The notes below the pieces were generated by a model. The model was not told where the DNA came from, did not search any database, and saw only the letters and a list, made by a program, of their open reading frames with translations. This document shows positions 36,893 through 49,455 of a stretch of 64,000 nucleotides of DNA, in pieces. Both the position numbers and the translations under genes were made by a program. Position 1 is the first letter of the stretch, and every line of letters begins with the position of its first letter. This DNA is from Octopus sinensis (taxonomy: Eukaryota), in contig NC_043006.1 in NCBI RefSeq assembly GCF_006345805.1, positions 31,496,001 to 31,560,000 of the forward strand, read 5' to 3'.

Positions 36893-37225
36893 GTGGGCGC
36901 GTGGCTTAGTGGTCAGGGTATTCAGCTCACAAACCTGGGTTCGATTCGAGGTGACGCGTTGTGTCCTTGAGCAAGACACTTTACTTTTTCGTGGCTCCAG
37001 TTCACTCACCTAGCAAAAATGAGCTGTACCCTTTAGTTCAAAAGGCCAGCCTTGTCACATACTACCCCATCCCACCCCCGCCCACTCTGAATTTTCCTGA
37101 AAACTATATTAAGGGTACGCGTGTTTGTGGAGTGCTCAGCCACTTGCACATTAATTTCATGAGCACGTTGTTCCGTTGATCGCATCAAATGGAACACTCA
37201 TCGTCGTAAGTGACGGAGGACCAGT
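36893..37225 (+). mobile_element. tRNA-derived SINE family C
   Basis: GGCGCGTGGCTTAGTGG (A box), GGTTCGATTC (B box), GTGTCCTTGAGCAAGACACTT, tail GTGGAGTGCTCAGCCACTTGCAC. Confidence 0.85.
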
Positions 37226-37653
37226 GAGATTTCAATGAAATTTAACTGCTAGTTTGAACAAACCAAATGAACAAATAGAAAATCTTTTATTGGTTCTGCA
37301 AAACACTTGTAGAATCAATGACTGCATTCTAGAAAAGTCTTTTATAGTTTTACTGAATCATGTGCCTACGTTGACGTAAATAAATTCAGAAGATGGTTCG
37401 AGGTTTATCGTCAGGATTTATTAATGTACCAGCAAGGCGAATAAATATGGACACGGAAATCATATACGATAGGAGTTTTGCTCTGTAATTTAAAACCCCT
37501 GAAAAGAATGAAAGCATTTGAAGAACTTAAGTCATACTGGAAAAATGAAAGCTTCGTGTTATTCGTCCAATTAGAATTTGATGCTGTTGGTACTGAGTAG
37601 AATGAAAACTCTATATGTGTGTATATGTGTGTGTCTGAGCGTATGTATATATA

Positions 37654-37711
<58 letters not shown>

Positions 37712-37977
37712 TATATATAACTGTGGTGTGTCCCGATACTTCCTGCAGTCGTGTTTTAGTCCCTGATCGAGCAGACTTATGATTAGAGGCATTCCAACCG
37801 TGACCATCTTGTAATTTCCGAGGTGTGTCTTGGACTGCATTTTCCAACGTGTCCCTCCTTTATTTAAAACTGTTTGGTGTTATTTAAGGGAGTTTATTTC
37901 TAGCATCTCAAGTGAGTGGAAGGTTGTTTCTTTGGTTTTTAGATGGGTGTGACAAGTGTAACATTCATGACGGGAGA

Positions 37978-37981
37978 GGTA

Positions 37982-38054
<73 letters not shown>

Positions 38055-38150
38055 GGTGGTGGTGGTGGTGGTGGTGGTGGTGGTGGTGGTGGTGTGGTGG
38101 TGGTGGTGGTGGTGGTGGTGGTGGTGGTGGTGGTGGTGGCGGCGGTGGTG
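37978..38150. repeat. (GTA)n(GTG)n microsatellite
   Basis: Read directly from sequence. Confidence 0.95.
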
Positions 38151-38205
38151 TTCTTGTGATGTTGTTTGTCGTAATTTTTTGTTGTTGTTAAGCCCCAAGT
38201 CAGTA

Positions 38206-38495
38206 AAGGCGCATGGCTTAGTGGTTTGAGAATTTGGCCCACGAATGTGAGTTCCTGAGTTCGATAACCCTGCGGGACGTTGTGTACTTGAGCAAGCTGG
38301 CAAAAATGAGTTGTATCTGTATTGAAAAGGGCCAGCCTTGTCACATTCTGTGTCAGGTTGAATTACCCTGAGAAATAGGTTAAGGATACGCGTGTCTGTG
38401 GAGTGCTCAGCCACTTGCATGCGACTTTCAGGAGCAGACTGTTCCGTTGATTGGATCAACCAGAACACTCGTGGTCGTAACCGGCGGAGTGTTAG
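38206..38495 (+). mobile_element. SINE family C
   Basis: GGCGCATGGCTTAGTGG head and the same tail as 36893. Confidence 0.85.
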
Positions 38496-39480
38496 TTTTA
38501 ACTCCGATCGAACAATTTTATGACAAAAGTGTTCCATTCATGACAATGTCATCTTTTGTATCTCGGTCTAGATTACTCACTATTTTCCCCTTATTTAAGA
38601 CAGGAGAAGAATCTTTTGTTTGGCTGCCAAAATTTCAAAAATTAAAGTCTATCGAAGATTTCAAAATTTCGTATATTAATATAAATTTCGAAGCTTTTAC
38701 CAGAAAAAATTTTTTAAGTTATAAAGGTTTAAAGTTTGATCATTTTCACCCAGTCAGGAAACAGGACTTGGAAGCTGTCATTTTGTGCGTGACTGCATAT
38801 TTTGTCAACATCCTGAAAATAGCACGTGTTGTCAATATTTGTATTCTACACGCGGAAAACGAGTATACAACACGTCTTTTGTAGTTTTAAGCACTCAATA
38901 TACATTTAATGCGATAAACAACACTTTACAAATTAAATATTTTTAGTCCTAAGAGGAAGGGTGCTATATCCGAAAAATGTGTTTTTCCTCGCTGGCACAG
39001 ACTCCACGCATCATTGCCAATACATGTTCCCACCACGTTTTCTTGTGCTCATAACATGCGTTTTCCTTTAGGGTAATTTTCTTTTGGATACAATACCCTT
39101 TTCTTGTACGGCACAGCTTCCTCTTCTGTTCTCAGTGGTTACCGGAGCTTGCTGCTATAATAAAACTTTCCAGGTGGGTAAAACATAGCATCAACAAGTA
39201 ATTTTAATATATATTTGTCAACACGAGCTTTCTCGCAGACAAAAGAGTTCTCATATTCCGCTTGTTACAATGGAAACATGCATGGATTTGTCTGTCGCTT
39301 ACGATTGGCTAAAATTACCCAAAATTTTCAAGCTTTAATAGCTAATAACTCTTTATTTATTGATTTGTGACGAAAATGATTTTCATAGCATTGATTAGCC
39401 TATAAAAGTGTATCATTACACTGAATATGAAACTAATTCGAACATAAATTGACCTTGGTAGCCAAACAGAAAAGATCTCA
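38490..39480 (-). mobile_element. Possible non-autonomous DNA transposon (piggyBac-like Cys-rich C-terminal remnant?)
   Basis: Broken minus frames near 38980-39120 resemble KRMC..MYWC..LC. Termini not resolved. Confidence 0.25.
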
Positions 39481-40379
39481 AGAGAGGACAATCTAAGATA
39501 GTATTTTGCTGTTATTTCTAGCAGGATGATTAACTACGTGGAGACTCTACATTGACTCATTTGGTAGTGATGGTGCAATAATGATGCTAGTGATGATAAT
39601 GTCAAGTGTTGGTACTTATTGTTAGTGGTTGTGTCATTAGGCTTCTGTTGTTGTTATCGTTGCTGTTGTTGTTGCATAACACTGGGTCAATCTTTATTGA
39701 GCAGTGCTATGATCACTGGCGTTCCCGCCATGACCATCTTATCTTCTATTCAAGCATCGTGCGCTGCATTGTCCAATGCAGTTTTATTAAGGCGGTTGGG
39801 CGGGATTTGAGGGAAATTTATATACACTTTGTAGCATGTTTATTTACCATGTAAAAAATCTATCGTCGGATTATCAGTGGTGGTGGTGGTGGTAGGGTAA
39901 TGGGGAGTGTTAGGGTGCAGTATAATCTATGGTAGACATTGATGGCAGTGGTTGAGATTGTAGGCTTAACAAGTGAAATAATTAAGTCAATGGGCGTGGT
40001 TTAGTTTCGAAGTGAAGAAATAGAAGAATGAAGTTAATAGGGGGAGTGGTTTAGAATATGGTGTCAACAGTGGTAGAGTAATAGTGGTAGGAGTGGCTTA
40101 GGTTGTGGTACAGCAAGGTAAAAGGAATGAATGAGTTTAAGGGGTGAATTAAGTGGTTGTATTAAGTGTGGTGGTTTAGGTTGTAGTTTCCTCAGTGGTT
40201 CAAGGAATTTGACGGTGGTAATATAAATAATGTTGGTTCTTTCTAAAATTCATTCAATGGTATTTGAAGTGATGTAAGTACTATGTAGAATACTAGGACC
40301 GTTATCCAGTTTCCATGGCGTCTACGTGGCCAAGATCACAGCATTCCTTGTGAAAGAAATGCTAGTTGGTCGCAGAGTC

Positions 40380-40512
40380 AACCATTTACATCTGAGAGAA
40401 CTAGAACAACATGAAATGGAGTGTTTTGCCAAAGAACCCAACACACTGCCCAATCCGGGAATCGAACTACAATCATGCTATCGTGAGTGTAACAACTTAA
40501 CTATGCGCCTTC
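40380..40512 (-). mobile_element. SINE family C head, degenerate
   Basis: Minus strand AGGCGCATAGTT...GTTCGATTCCCGG..TTGGCAAAACACT. Confidence 0.55.
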
Positions 40513-40672
40513 ACGTTTTAAGTGATGGCAGAAATTAAGTTGGTTTTATGATGAATTCTATGGTTGTAATTTAAAACAGCTTTATACTTTTACTCTCCCA
40601 CACAAACCTCTCACTTACAAATACATAATAACATAAATGTGTAGATACAAATACACAAATACATATTCTTTT

Positions 40673-41100
40673 CTACTCTAAGCCCAAGGCACGAAATTTG
40701 GGGGGAAAAGAGGCCAGTCGATTAGATCGACCTCAGTACGCAACTGGTATTTAATTTATCGACCCCGAAAGGATGAAAGGCAAAGTCGACCTCGGCGGAA
40801 TTTGAACTCAGAACGTAAAGACAGACGAAATACCGCTAAGCATTTCGCCCGGCGTGCTAACGTTACTTATTTCTTTACTGCCCACATGGGGCTAAACATA
40901 GAGAGGACAAACAAGAACAAAAGGGATTAAGTCGATTACATCGACCCCAGTGCGTAACTGGTACTTAATTTATCGACGCCGAAAGGATGAAAGGCAAAGT
41001 CGACCTCGGCGGAATTTCAACTCAGAACGTAAAGATAGACGAAATACCGCTAAGCACTTCGCCCCGGTGTGCTAACGTTTCTGCCAGCTCGCCGCCTTAC
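40673..41100 (-). mobile_element. SINE family A tandem pair
   Basis: Two near-consensus bodies on the minus strand joined at AAAGAAATA. Confidence 0.9.
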
Positions 41101-42239
41101 ACAAATACATATTCATTAATACTTCTATCAAGAGCAAGCAGAACTGGCCTAGTGTTTTTTTTTTTTGTTTTTTGTTTTTCTGATACAGGAAAGAAAGATT
41201 AATTCGAATAATAGGTCTCAGCGGTGTATTTCTGTCAAATCACTGGAAGCAAAAAAAGAGGAGAATACAACTGCTTGGGAAGCGACAACTTCTCTATCCT
41301 GATTACATATAAATTCAATAACTGTTGGTGAAGTTGGTTCACTAAGTAAAAGTCTGGAAAATTTAAGATTTTCAGGTTAAAAAAACTGACCACCTAACTC
41401 GCACTGTGAGTGGAACAGTAAAGATATGTAAAACTTTTCCAAAGTTCATGTAAATCTTATCGTTGTTGTCACCCAAATCCCAACGAAGTTGCGTTGATTC
41501 TTTATCAGAAACGAAACTTACTCCTTTGTTAAGAAGCATCTGAATAATTAAAGAGTGAAAGTTCATAGATAAAGCAAACGGATCTCCATCGGTTTCGACG
41601 ATAACTGTTATAGATTTTTTTTTTTTTTTTGATTGATTGGCATACTCAATGAATCATAGCGTGAGCCAGTGCGTATTCCATTGACAGGTATATTTCTAAA
41701 GACTCGACCGACAGAATTAACGCCAAGCAGTCCGTGCCAAGGCTGGCCCGTTTATCCGACTCCGAATACTACACACATACACACATATACATATACATAC
41801 ACAAATACCCTGTTGGTGATAGTAAAATCCCAATGAAGGAACCTCGGATCTAGATTAGGAAGAGGCTCTTTTACTATTGTCAAGGAATTTTGAAATAAAA
41901 TTGAATGATAACATACATCCATGTGTGTGTGTGTGTGTGTGCGTGCACCTATGCGCCTATGTAGAAGAGTTATACGTGCATGTGTCAGGAAAAACTCAAT
42001 AACGATTAATATATTTAAAAAGGCAAGCAAAACAGTAAACGTTCATATCTATCTATATATCTATCTATCTGTCTGTCTATCTATCTATCAATCTATCTAT
42101 CTATCTATCAATCTATCTATCTATCTATCTATTTATTCTATCTATCTATCTATCTATCTATCTCTATCAATACACACACGCAAAAATATATGCTTGTATT
42201 ATGTATATATAATCACCATACATGAATACTTATACATTC

Positions 42240-43066
42240 TAGGCCTGATCAATAAGTATTCGACTGTTACCATAGTAACGAACCTAAAGCACGCGAAGTA
42301 AAGCTGCTTGTCACCGATTGACCTTGAACCCTGCTATGCCTGCACACTAAGTTTTAACGTTCTAGCTCACTTCTGCTGTTTACAGCAATGGTTGGAAGGA
42401 AGGTGTGTCGCGTGTGATCGTCGCATTGACCTTGACAGAGAAAGGCCTACGCAAAGTTAAAGAAAGTGTATGGAGAGGAGTGTATGAGCTGCACACAAGT
42501 GTACCAGTGATTCAGACGTTACCAAAATGGCCAAAAAATGTCTATTGATGAAAATTCTGGTAGGCCCCCAACCAGCAGAACTGAGAAAAACATCGCAGAC
42601 GTGCGATAGGACATCGTTGAATCAGCATCCGTGAGTTATCAGCGGATGTGCAGATTAGTTACGAAGATTTGGGTATGAGAAACGTGTCTGCCAAGTTTGT
42701 GCTAAGACTGCTTTCAGCTGACCAGAAAGACACTCGGGTTTCAGTTGGACAAGATCTCCTTGATTGTGTCAAGAACGATGAAAACTTTTTGAAAACTCTG
42801 CGGAGGCCTCTAAGAAGGAATCGTGAAGCTTTTGGCAGAATTAAATGCTTAACTTTTTCTGCCATGGTCAATGCGACTATCACACATTACATACCTTACT
42901 TTCAAGCACTGCTGTAAACAGCGGAAGCGAGCTAGAACGTTAAAGCTTTTTGCGCATGTACAGCATGGTTAATCTGTTAAGGTTAATATGTGCCAAACGG
43001 CTTTACTCTGCGTGCTTTAGCTTCGTTATTATGGCAACTGTCCGGATACTTATTGATCAGACCGCG
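42240..43066 (+). mobile_element. Internally deleted mariner element with long (about 200 bp) imperfect TIRs
   Basis: Transposase N-terminus KVYGEECMS..SGRP..SIRELS..LGMRNVSAKFVLRLLSADQK..DENFLKTL; 42850-43066 mirrors 42240-42445; TA at 43067. Confidence 0.8.
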
Positions 43067-43454
43067 TATATCTAAAACCGAACACTTTTATGAACCCATA
43101 ATTACATACGTAAGGTCACACACACGCAGATATACGCACACACGCACATACACACACACAAACACACACACACAGAAAAATGTGTTGTAGACACATGTAA
43201 AATAGTCATAGACACCCGCCGACGGTGGACTCAGAAACATATATTTGCAGATATAGATAGTGCGAAGCGCAAATACATACATACACACACACACACACAC
43301 ATACACATTAACATAGATATGCACTAAGGCATATGTACCAATGAAAAATAAAATAAAATACCTTTTCACATAACCTACTCAACTGGTTTTCTCATTACGG
43401 TGAGAAATCTATAACCGATGTTCACAGATCGTTTTCTGGCCATTCCCTGAAAAA

Positions 43455-43541
43455 ATTTTGCGCGCGTGTTACGTATGTATGTATATATATATATATGCAT
43501 ATATAATTCCATACATATATATGCAAACATATACACGCACA

Positions 43542-43581
<40 letters not shown>

Positions 43582-43794
43582 TATGTACATATATCATATA
43601 TATATATGCACGTATATATATTTATATATATATATACGTATAAATATATGTACATATATATATGTATACGTATATATATATACATGTAGTATATATATAT
43701 ATACATATATATACGTATGTATATGCGTACGTATATATTATATGCATATATATATATATATATATACGTATGTATATGCGTACGTATATATTAT

Positions 43795-43834
<40 letters not shown>

Positions 43835-44155
43835 GTGTGTGTGTGCGCATATACATACGAATATATATGTATATATATATTTATTTATATATATAGATAC
43901 GTATGCATGTGTGAGCATCTGGATCTGTGCGTGTACATGTGTGAAGTATTTATATACACACATTCCTACCCACACAGGTTTGTCAATATGTTATGACTTA
44001 ATTTCGTCCTTACATTGAGGACCCGTTTTTTTGTTGTTGCTTTTGTTTTAATCTTTTTTTACTCACTCATGACGCAAATGAAACTGAATTGGGCAAGTGT
44101 GAATTGAGAAGATGGGAGATGAAAGAACGCCAGGAAATATTATGTATATGTATAT

Positions 44156-44217
<62 letters not shown>

Positions 44218-44412
44218 TTTACATATATACACACACACATATATATATTTGTATACATATATATATATATTTATATACACACACACATATATATATGTAG
44301 ATATATGTAGATATATATATATATTATATATATATATGTATATATATATGTATATATATATGTATATTTATGGATGCATGCATGCATATGTGTTCGTGTA
44401 TATAAATGTTTA

Positions 44413-44463
<51 letters not shown>

Positions 44464-44465
44464 CA
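43455..44465. repeat. Extended (TA)/(CA)/(TG) low-complexity region
   Basis: Read directly from sequence. Confidence 0.9.
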
Positions 44466-44702
44466 GTGAGTGTCTATATATTTCTATTTTTTCCACCTTT
44501 AAACATGTATGTGCGTGTGTCAGTCTAAACGTGCGTAATTTTTTTTTCTTCCCGTTTTTTCGATAAACATCAGATTTATGAGGGTGACAGATGTAGAAGC
44601 GGTGTCCTTCATTCAGTTTTTCAGGTAATTTTCCAGCAGAAATCGTGTGAAATATGTCTTAAATGATGAACTGAAATTGTATAATTTTTGGCATTCCATT
44701 GG

Positions 44703-44980
44703 TTACATAGACGAGGCTTCCAGTTGATTCGATCCACGGAACAGCCTGCTCATAATGTGAACGAGCAAATGACTGAGAACTCCACAGACACCTAGACAGG
44801 GAGATTCAGGGTGACACAGAATGGGACACGACCGGCCCTTTGAATTACAGGTACAACTCATTTTTGCCAGCAGAGTGGACTGGAGCAACGAGAAATAAAG
44901 TATCTGGCTAAAGGGCACGACGCGCCGCTGGGTATCGAACTTATGAGCCAAACACTCTAACCACTAAGCCACGCACCTTC
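44703..44980 (-). mobile_element. SINE family C
   Basis: Minus-strand head GTGCGTGGCTTAGTGG..GTTCGATACC; tail matches 36893. Confidence 0.8.
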
Positions 44981-45205
44981 ACATCTGTAATTTAATCCCT
45001 TGGAGGAGGCATGAATCCCACAATTGTGGCCTTAATTTTTCTGTTAATGCAATTAAGCTGACATCGGCATAATAATTTAATAACAAATTTGTACATCAAA
45101 TTTACATTTATGTGACATGAAAACAATTTCATCAGGGGAAAAAAGGGGAGGTACCTTTTGATGTTATATATGGGGTTATCAATAAAATCCCAAGGCACAT
45201 CCTTT

Positions 45206-45303
45206 TTCCTCTGATGAAATTAAACTCATGTCACATGAATGTAAATTTAATGTACAAATTTGTAATTAAATTATTAAGTATTAATTGAAACGGCTGTAAG
45301 AAA
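45206..45303 (+). ncRNA. Type-I hammerhead with long stem II insertion, in a PLE-like terminal repeat with an inverted partial copy (45071-45143)
   Basis: TTCCT-CTGATGA-AATTAA...TTAATT-GAAA-CGGCTG-TA|AGAAA; near-palindromic stem III. Confidence 0.55.
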
Positions 45304-45501
45304 TGAAGATGATCAATTTGTTAATAATAAACAATTATTTACTTCCTTATCTCCATTTTCTTTCCTTCTTTTAACTGGATATAAACTATATACTTTATAT
45401 ATACCTATTGTGTTAAGGAAATTTCTTTCTCCAAGAATACTAGGTATTGAACCAGTATTTCCTTGGATGCAACCATCCCTTCCCGAGCTTAACATATCCT
45501 C

Positions 45502-45661
<160 letters not shown>

Positions 45662-46115
45662 AAAATGTCAAAGGCTGCTGCGGAACGATATCATCTGTAA
45701 ACATCAGAAACGCTTTAACCGTTACACCAAGCATCTCGTTGAATTTTCCCATCGATTTTAGAAACTTCCTTTGTTATTGGTGTGAATTGTAAAATTCTTA
45801 CGTTTTAATAATTTGGAACGTTCGCCATAAAGAAGTAAATCGGTTTTATGAGTGAAATTCGAAGTAGAAAAAGCTATAAACAATAATATATAGGATGTTG
45901 TTTTAAAAACACCTTGGTTGGTACACAATATGAAGGCTACCGTTGGAACCCGAACCCGTATTTTCTGTAAACATAAACAAACGTTCCTGCCATTACACAT
46001 TTCGTTGTAACATTTAGAATTGTTCCATCCATTTCAGAAACTTTGTTCTTACCAACGAAAATTATATTTTGTTTACGTCATAAAAATTTAGATGTTCGAA
46101 TGATGTGAAGTAAAT

Positions 46116-46158
<43 letters not shown>

Positions 46159-46339
46159 AAGACAATTTATGACATATAAGATCTTAAAATACTCTGCTTT
46201 GATGAATTGGTACATTGACTAAAATATTTTGAACTTTCAATAAATTATTGACCGACTAAATTTATATTTTTATCGGATATAATTGATAATTAAACCTCGA
46301 TACCTGGGTATGTTTTTAAGGGTAGACTTTTGTGTTGAA

Positions 46340-46700
46340 GATGCTGCTGTACTCGGTCTGCGAATGCAGGAGTCGATGTTTCATCAAGCAGTGAAGCAGC
46401 TCAGTAGATGTTTCGGCCCCTTTCACCTTGACACCACATCTACCCGGGGCCACCCACCGATGCAGGCGACAAAACACCTACCCAACAAGCTCGTGCTGTT
46501 AGTCTGGACCAGATGTTTCTATCATCTTCAATACTAGCCTGTTCTTGCTGCACCACTCGTCCTCTCTCTCCCTCGTACCAGATGTCACGGCTTGCTTTCT
46601 CAGCAGCTTCTGACAATCGTGATGAAAAGCAAGCATCCTGGTTTTCAAATGCTTGCTGCACCATATCCTCAGAAAGTCAATTTCCCATTTTAATGCTTTC
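46340..46700 (-). mobile_element. RLE-type (HERO/NeSL-like) LINE 3' remnant with structured 3' UTR
   Basis: RLSEAAEKASRDIW resembles the conserved EAAE(K/R)AS.W(L/I)W C-terminus. Confidence 0.55.
46375..46451 (-). ncRNA. Degenerate rearranged hammerhead in the LINE 3' UTR
   Basis: Minus strand: GGCCCC..GTAGATGT-G|...GGGGCC-GAAA-CATCTAC...CTG(CTTG)ATGA; stem II 6 bp, stem III 8 bp perfect, core and cleavage site mutated. Confidence 0.45.
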
Positions 46701-47204
46701 ATTAAAATTCAGGAACAGTGAATATCAGCAACATGTTTAGGAAATGTTTTAAAGGATTAAAATGGGTTAATAATAGGTTAATTTTTTTTTTTTTTTTTGT
46801 AGAAAATGAAGGAAAATAAGGAAAAATAAAGAATTAAACCAAAGTTGCTGCAACAGTATTTTATGGCTTTAAAATGTCTGTCCTGGTTTAATAGATGAAG
46901 GATGAGAGGGGTTGCAGCGTTCATATCATTCTATACAGCATCATCTGTGACAACATTGTAAATCATTAAATTTAAGCACGATTTGGCGGCATTTCACATA
47001 GCATTTTGACCTGCCAGAAATAACAGCTAAATATCTTGGAATACGATTATTAACATGTATACACACGCACACATTCAATTCGTTCATATTTACTTACATA
47101 AATCCATGTATATGAGTGTCTGTGTATATGTATATGTGTATCCACACACACACACGCACACCCATATTTACATATACATATATGTATATATATATATATA
47201 ATGC

Positions 47205-47241
<37 letters not shown>

Positions 47242-47299
47242 CAGAGAGAGAGAGACAGAGACAAGAGACAGAGACAGAGACAGAGACAGACAGACAGAC

Positions 47300-47365
<66 letters not shown>

Positions 47366-47443
47366 AACTCACTTAGAAAAGGATATGTAATAATATAAAT
47401 AATATATAAATATATGCTTATATATATAACATATATGTACATA

Positions 47444-47524
<81 letters not shown>

Positions 47525-47531
<7 letters not shown>

Positions 47532-47880
47532 TAATATACATGCATATGGGTACAGGACATCAAAAAACGTAGACACAATGAGGAAACAAAAACATAAAAA
47601 ACAAATACATGGAAAACGAACCTTTTTTCGAACAACGAAAAAAAACAAGCAGAGAAACGAGACATGCAACATAAAGTATATCCCCCTTCATCAGATGTCC
47701 CTGCTTCATCTACTCCGCGCGAAACTGTGAGGATAATCTGGAAACTTGACTGAGGAGAGAATGCTGGGAATGATCCGTCCTTGTTTTTTCCTATCCGTCT
47801 TTTTGATGTTTTTCCGGTCTGTCGTTGATTCGTCTACCTGTCCGAACGCTTTGTTGTCATCTGTTGCGTTCTTGTTCCAT
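47525..47880. mobile_element. Back-to-back fusion of two truncated ribozyme-bearing repeats (family 1 on minus, family 4-like on plus)
   Basis: Minus part 47525-47720 carries AGGGACAT-CTGATGA-AGGGGG; plus part starts GAAA at 47721 and carries ACTTGA-CTGAGGA at 47744-47756. Confidence 0.6.
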
Positions 47881-48003
47881 TATATATATATATCCCAATA
47901 GTTTGAGAAAGTGGTGGATTAGCAGATCTGGACATGTAGGAGTTAACTTTACTAAAGATGGATTCCAAGCATCATCCTCGGGTTTCAATCTCTCTTTCTG
48001 TGT

Positions 48004-48077
<74 letters not shown>

Positions 48078-48610
48078 TCATCCTAGAATGTTCTTAGTAA
48101 ATTCAACTAAAGGATATGGGAGCTGGTGTAGATATGTAAGACAAGTGTGTCTAAATTACAATGTATGTGACAAGGCGAATATAAATAAAGGTTTCTGAAA
48201 GATTAATTGCTTGTAATCTATCTCTTTAACCTCTTCTCTTGCAAGACTCCTTTAGATATTATCTACAGGAGTAGTGACAGCGAGGAAAGAGAAGCAGCGA
48301 TAAATAGATCTACGCATTTACACGTATGCACGCACACTGCCATACGCACATGCACACACATGTATGTACACAAATATATGCGCACGTACACACAGACATA
48401 TATATATATATAGACATGCACACATCTATGTATATATGAATGTATACATATATATTTGTACACACACACACACATATATATATATGTATGTGCACATACA
48501 CACACACATATATATATACAGATATATATATACGGCTTATATAATATATATATATATATATATAATATGTATATGTATGTATGTACATACACATACACAC
48601 ACACACAAAT

Positions 48611-48793
48611 AGGCACGGGCGTGGCTGTGTGGTAAGAAACTTTCTTCTCAACTATATGGTTCTGGGTTCAGTCCCACTGCGTGGAACTTTGGGCAAGTGT
48701 CTTCTACTATAGCCTCGAGCCGACCAAAGACTTGTGAGTGGATTTGATAGATGAAAACTGAAAGAAGCCTGTCATGTGTATATATATATATAT

Positions 48794-48844
<51 letters not shown>

Positions 48845-49020
48845 TCCCCCACTATCGCTTGACAACCGATATTGCATATATGTCCCCGAAACTTCGCCGT
48901 TCGGCAAAAGAGACCGATAGAAAAATTACTAGGCTTACAAAGAATAAGTTCTGGAGTCGATTTCTTCGACTAAAGGCGGTGTTCCAGCATAGCCGCAGTC
49001 AATGGATAATGGAACTGCAA
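48611..49020 (+). mobile_element. SINE family B, full length
   Basis: AGGCACGGGCGTGGCTGTGTGG head, GGTTCAGTCCC, internal (TA)(TG)n, GGCGGTGTTCCAGCATAGCCGCAGTC tail. Confidence 0.9.
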
Positions 49021-49155
49021 CTAACATCTTCATACATTTTAATTTTTATTTCTACATTCATTCTCCTATTTCCCTACATACTTATTTCCTTTCTTTTCCA
49101 AAATAATTCCTCATATTGAACTCTAATATTTCCCTCTATTTAACAATCTCATACT

Positions 49156-49203
49156 GTCTCTGATGAAGAGATGTCTCTAATATCCCAGAAACAGCTGTAA
49201 GAC
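49156..49203 (+). ncRNA. Minimal type-I hammerhead, stem II degenerate
   Basis: GTCT-CTGATGA-A-GAGAT..ATCCC-A-GAAA-CAGCTG-TA|AGAC; palindromic stem III ACAGCTGT, stem I 4 bp. Confidence 0.55.
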
Positions 49204-49403
49204 TATATCTATATCTCTTTCCTTATAAATGTACTGAAAACTCCTCACAGCCTCGGCTTTGTTATCTCTTTTTGTCTAAAGAATATAAAGTTAAAGAATA
49301 TAAACCATAATTAGATTGAGTTAGTGCATCACACGAACTTGTTCTTAATCATTTCTCAAATTGTGAATGAGTGCAACCGAATATACCAGTAAGCGTGTGT
49401 ATA

Positions 49404-49449
<46 letters not shown>

Positions 49450-49455
<6 letters not shown>

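Noticed and set aside
37880-38537. Poly-T/P/H/W ORFs of up to 190 aa
   Set aside because: They derive from (GTA)n(GTG)n plus a SINE C copy.
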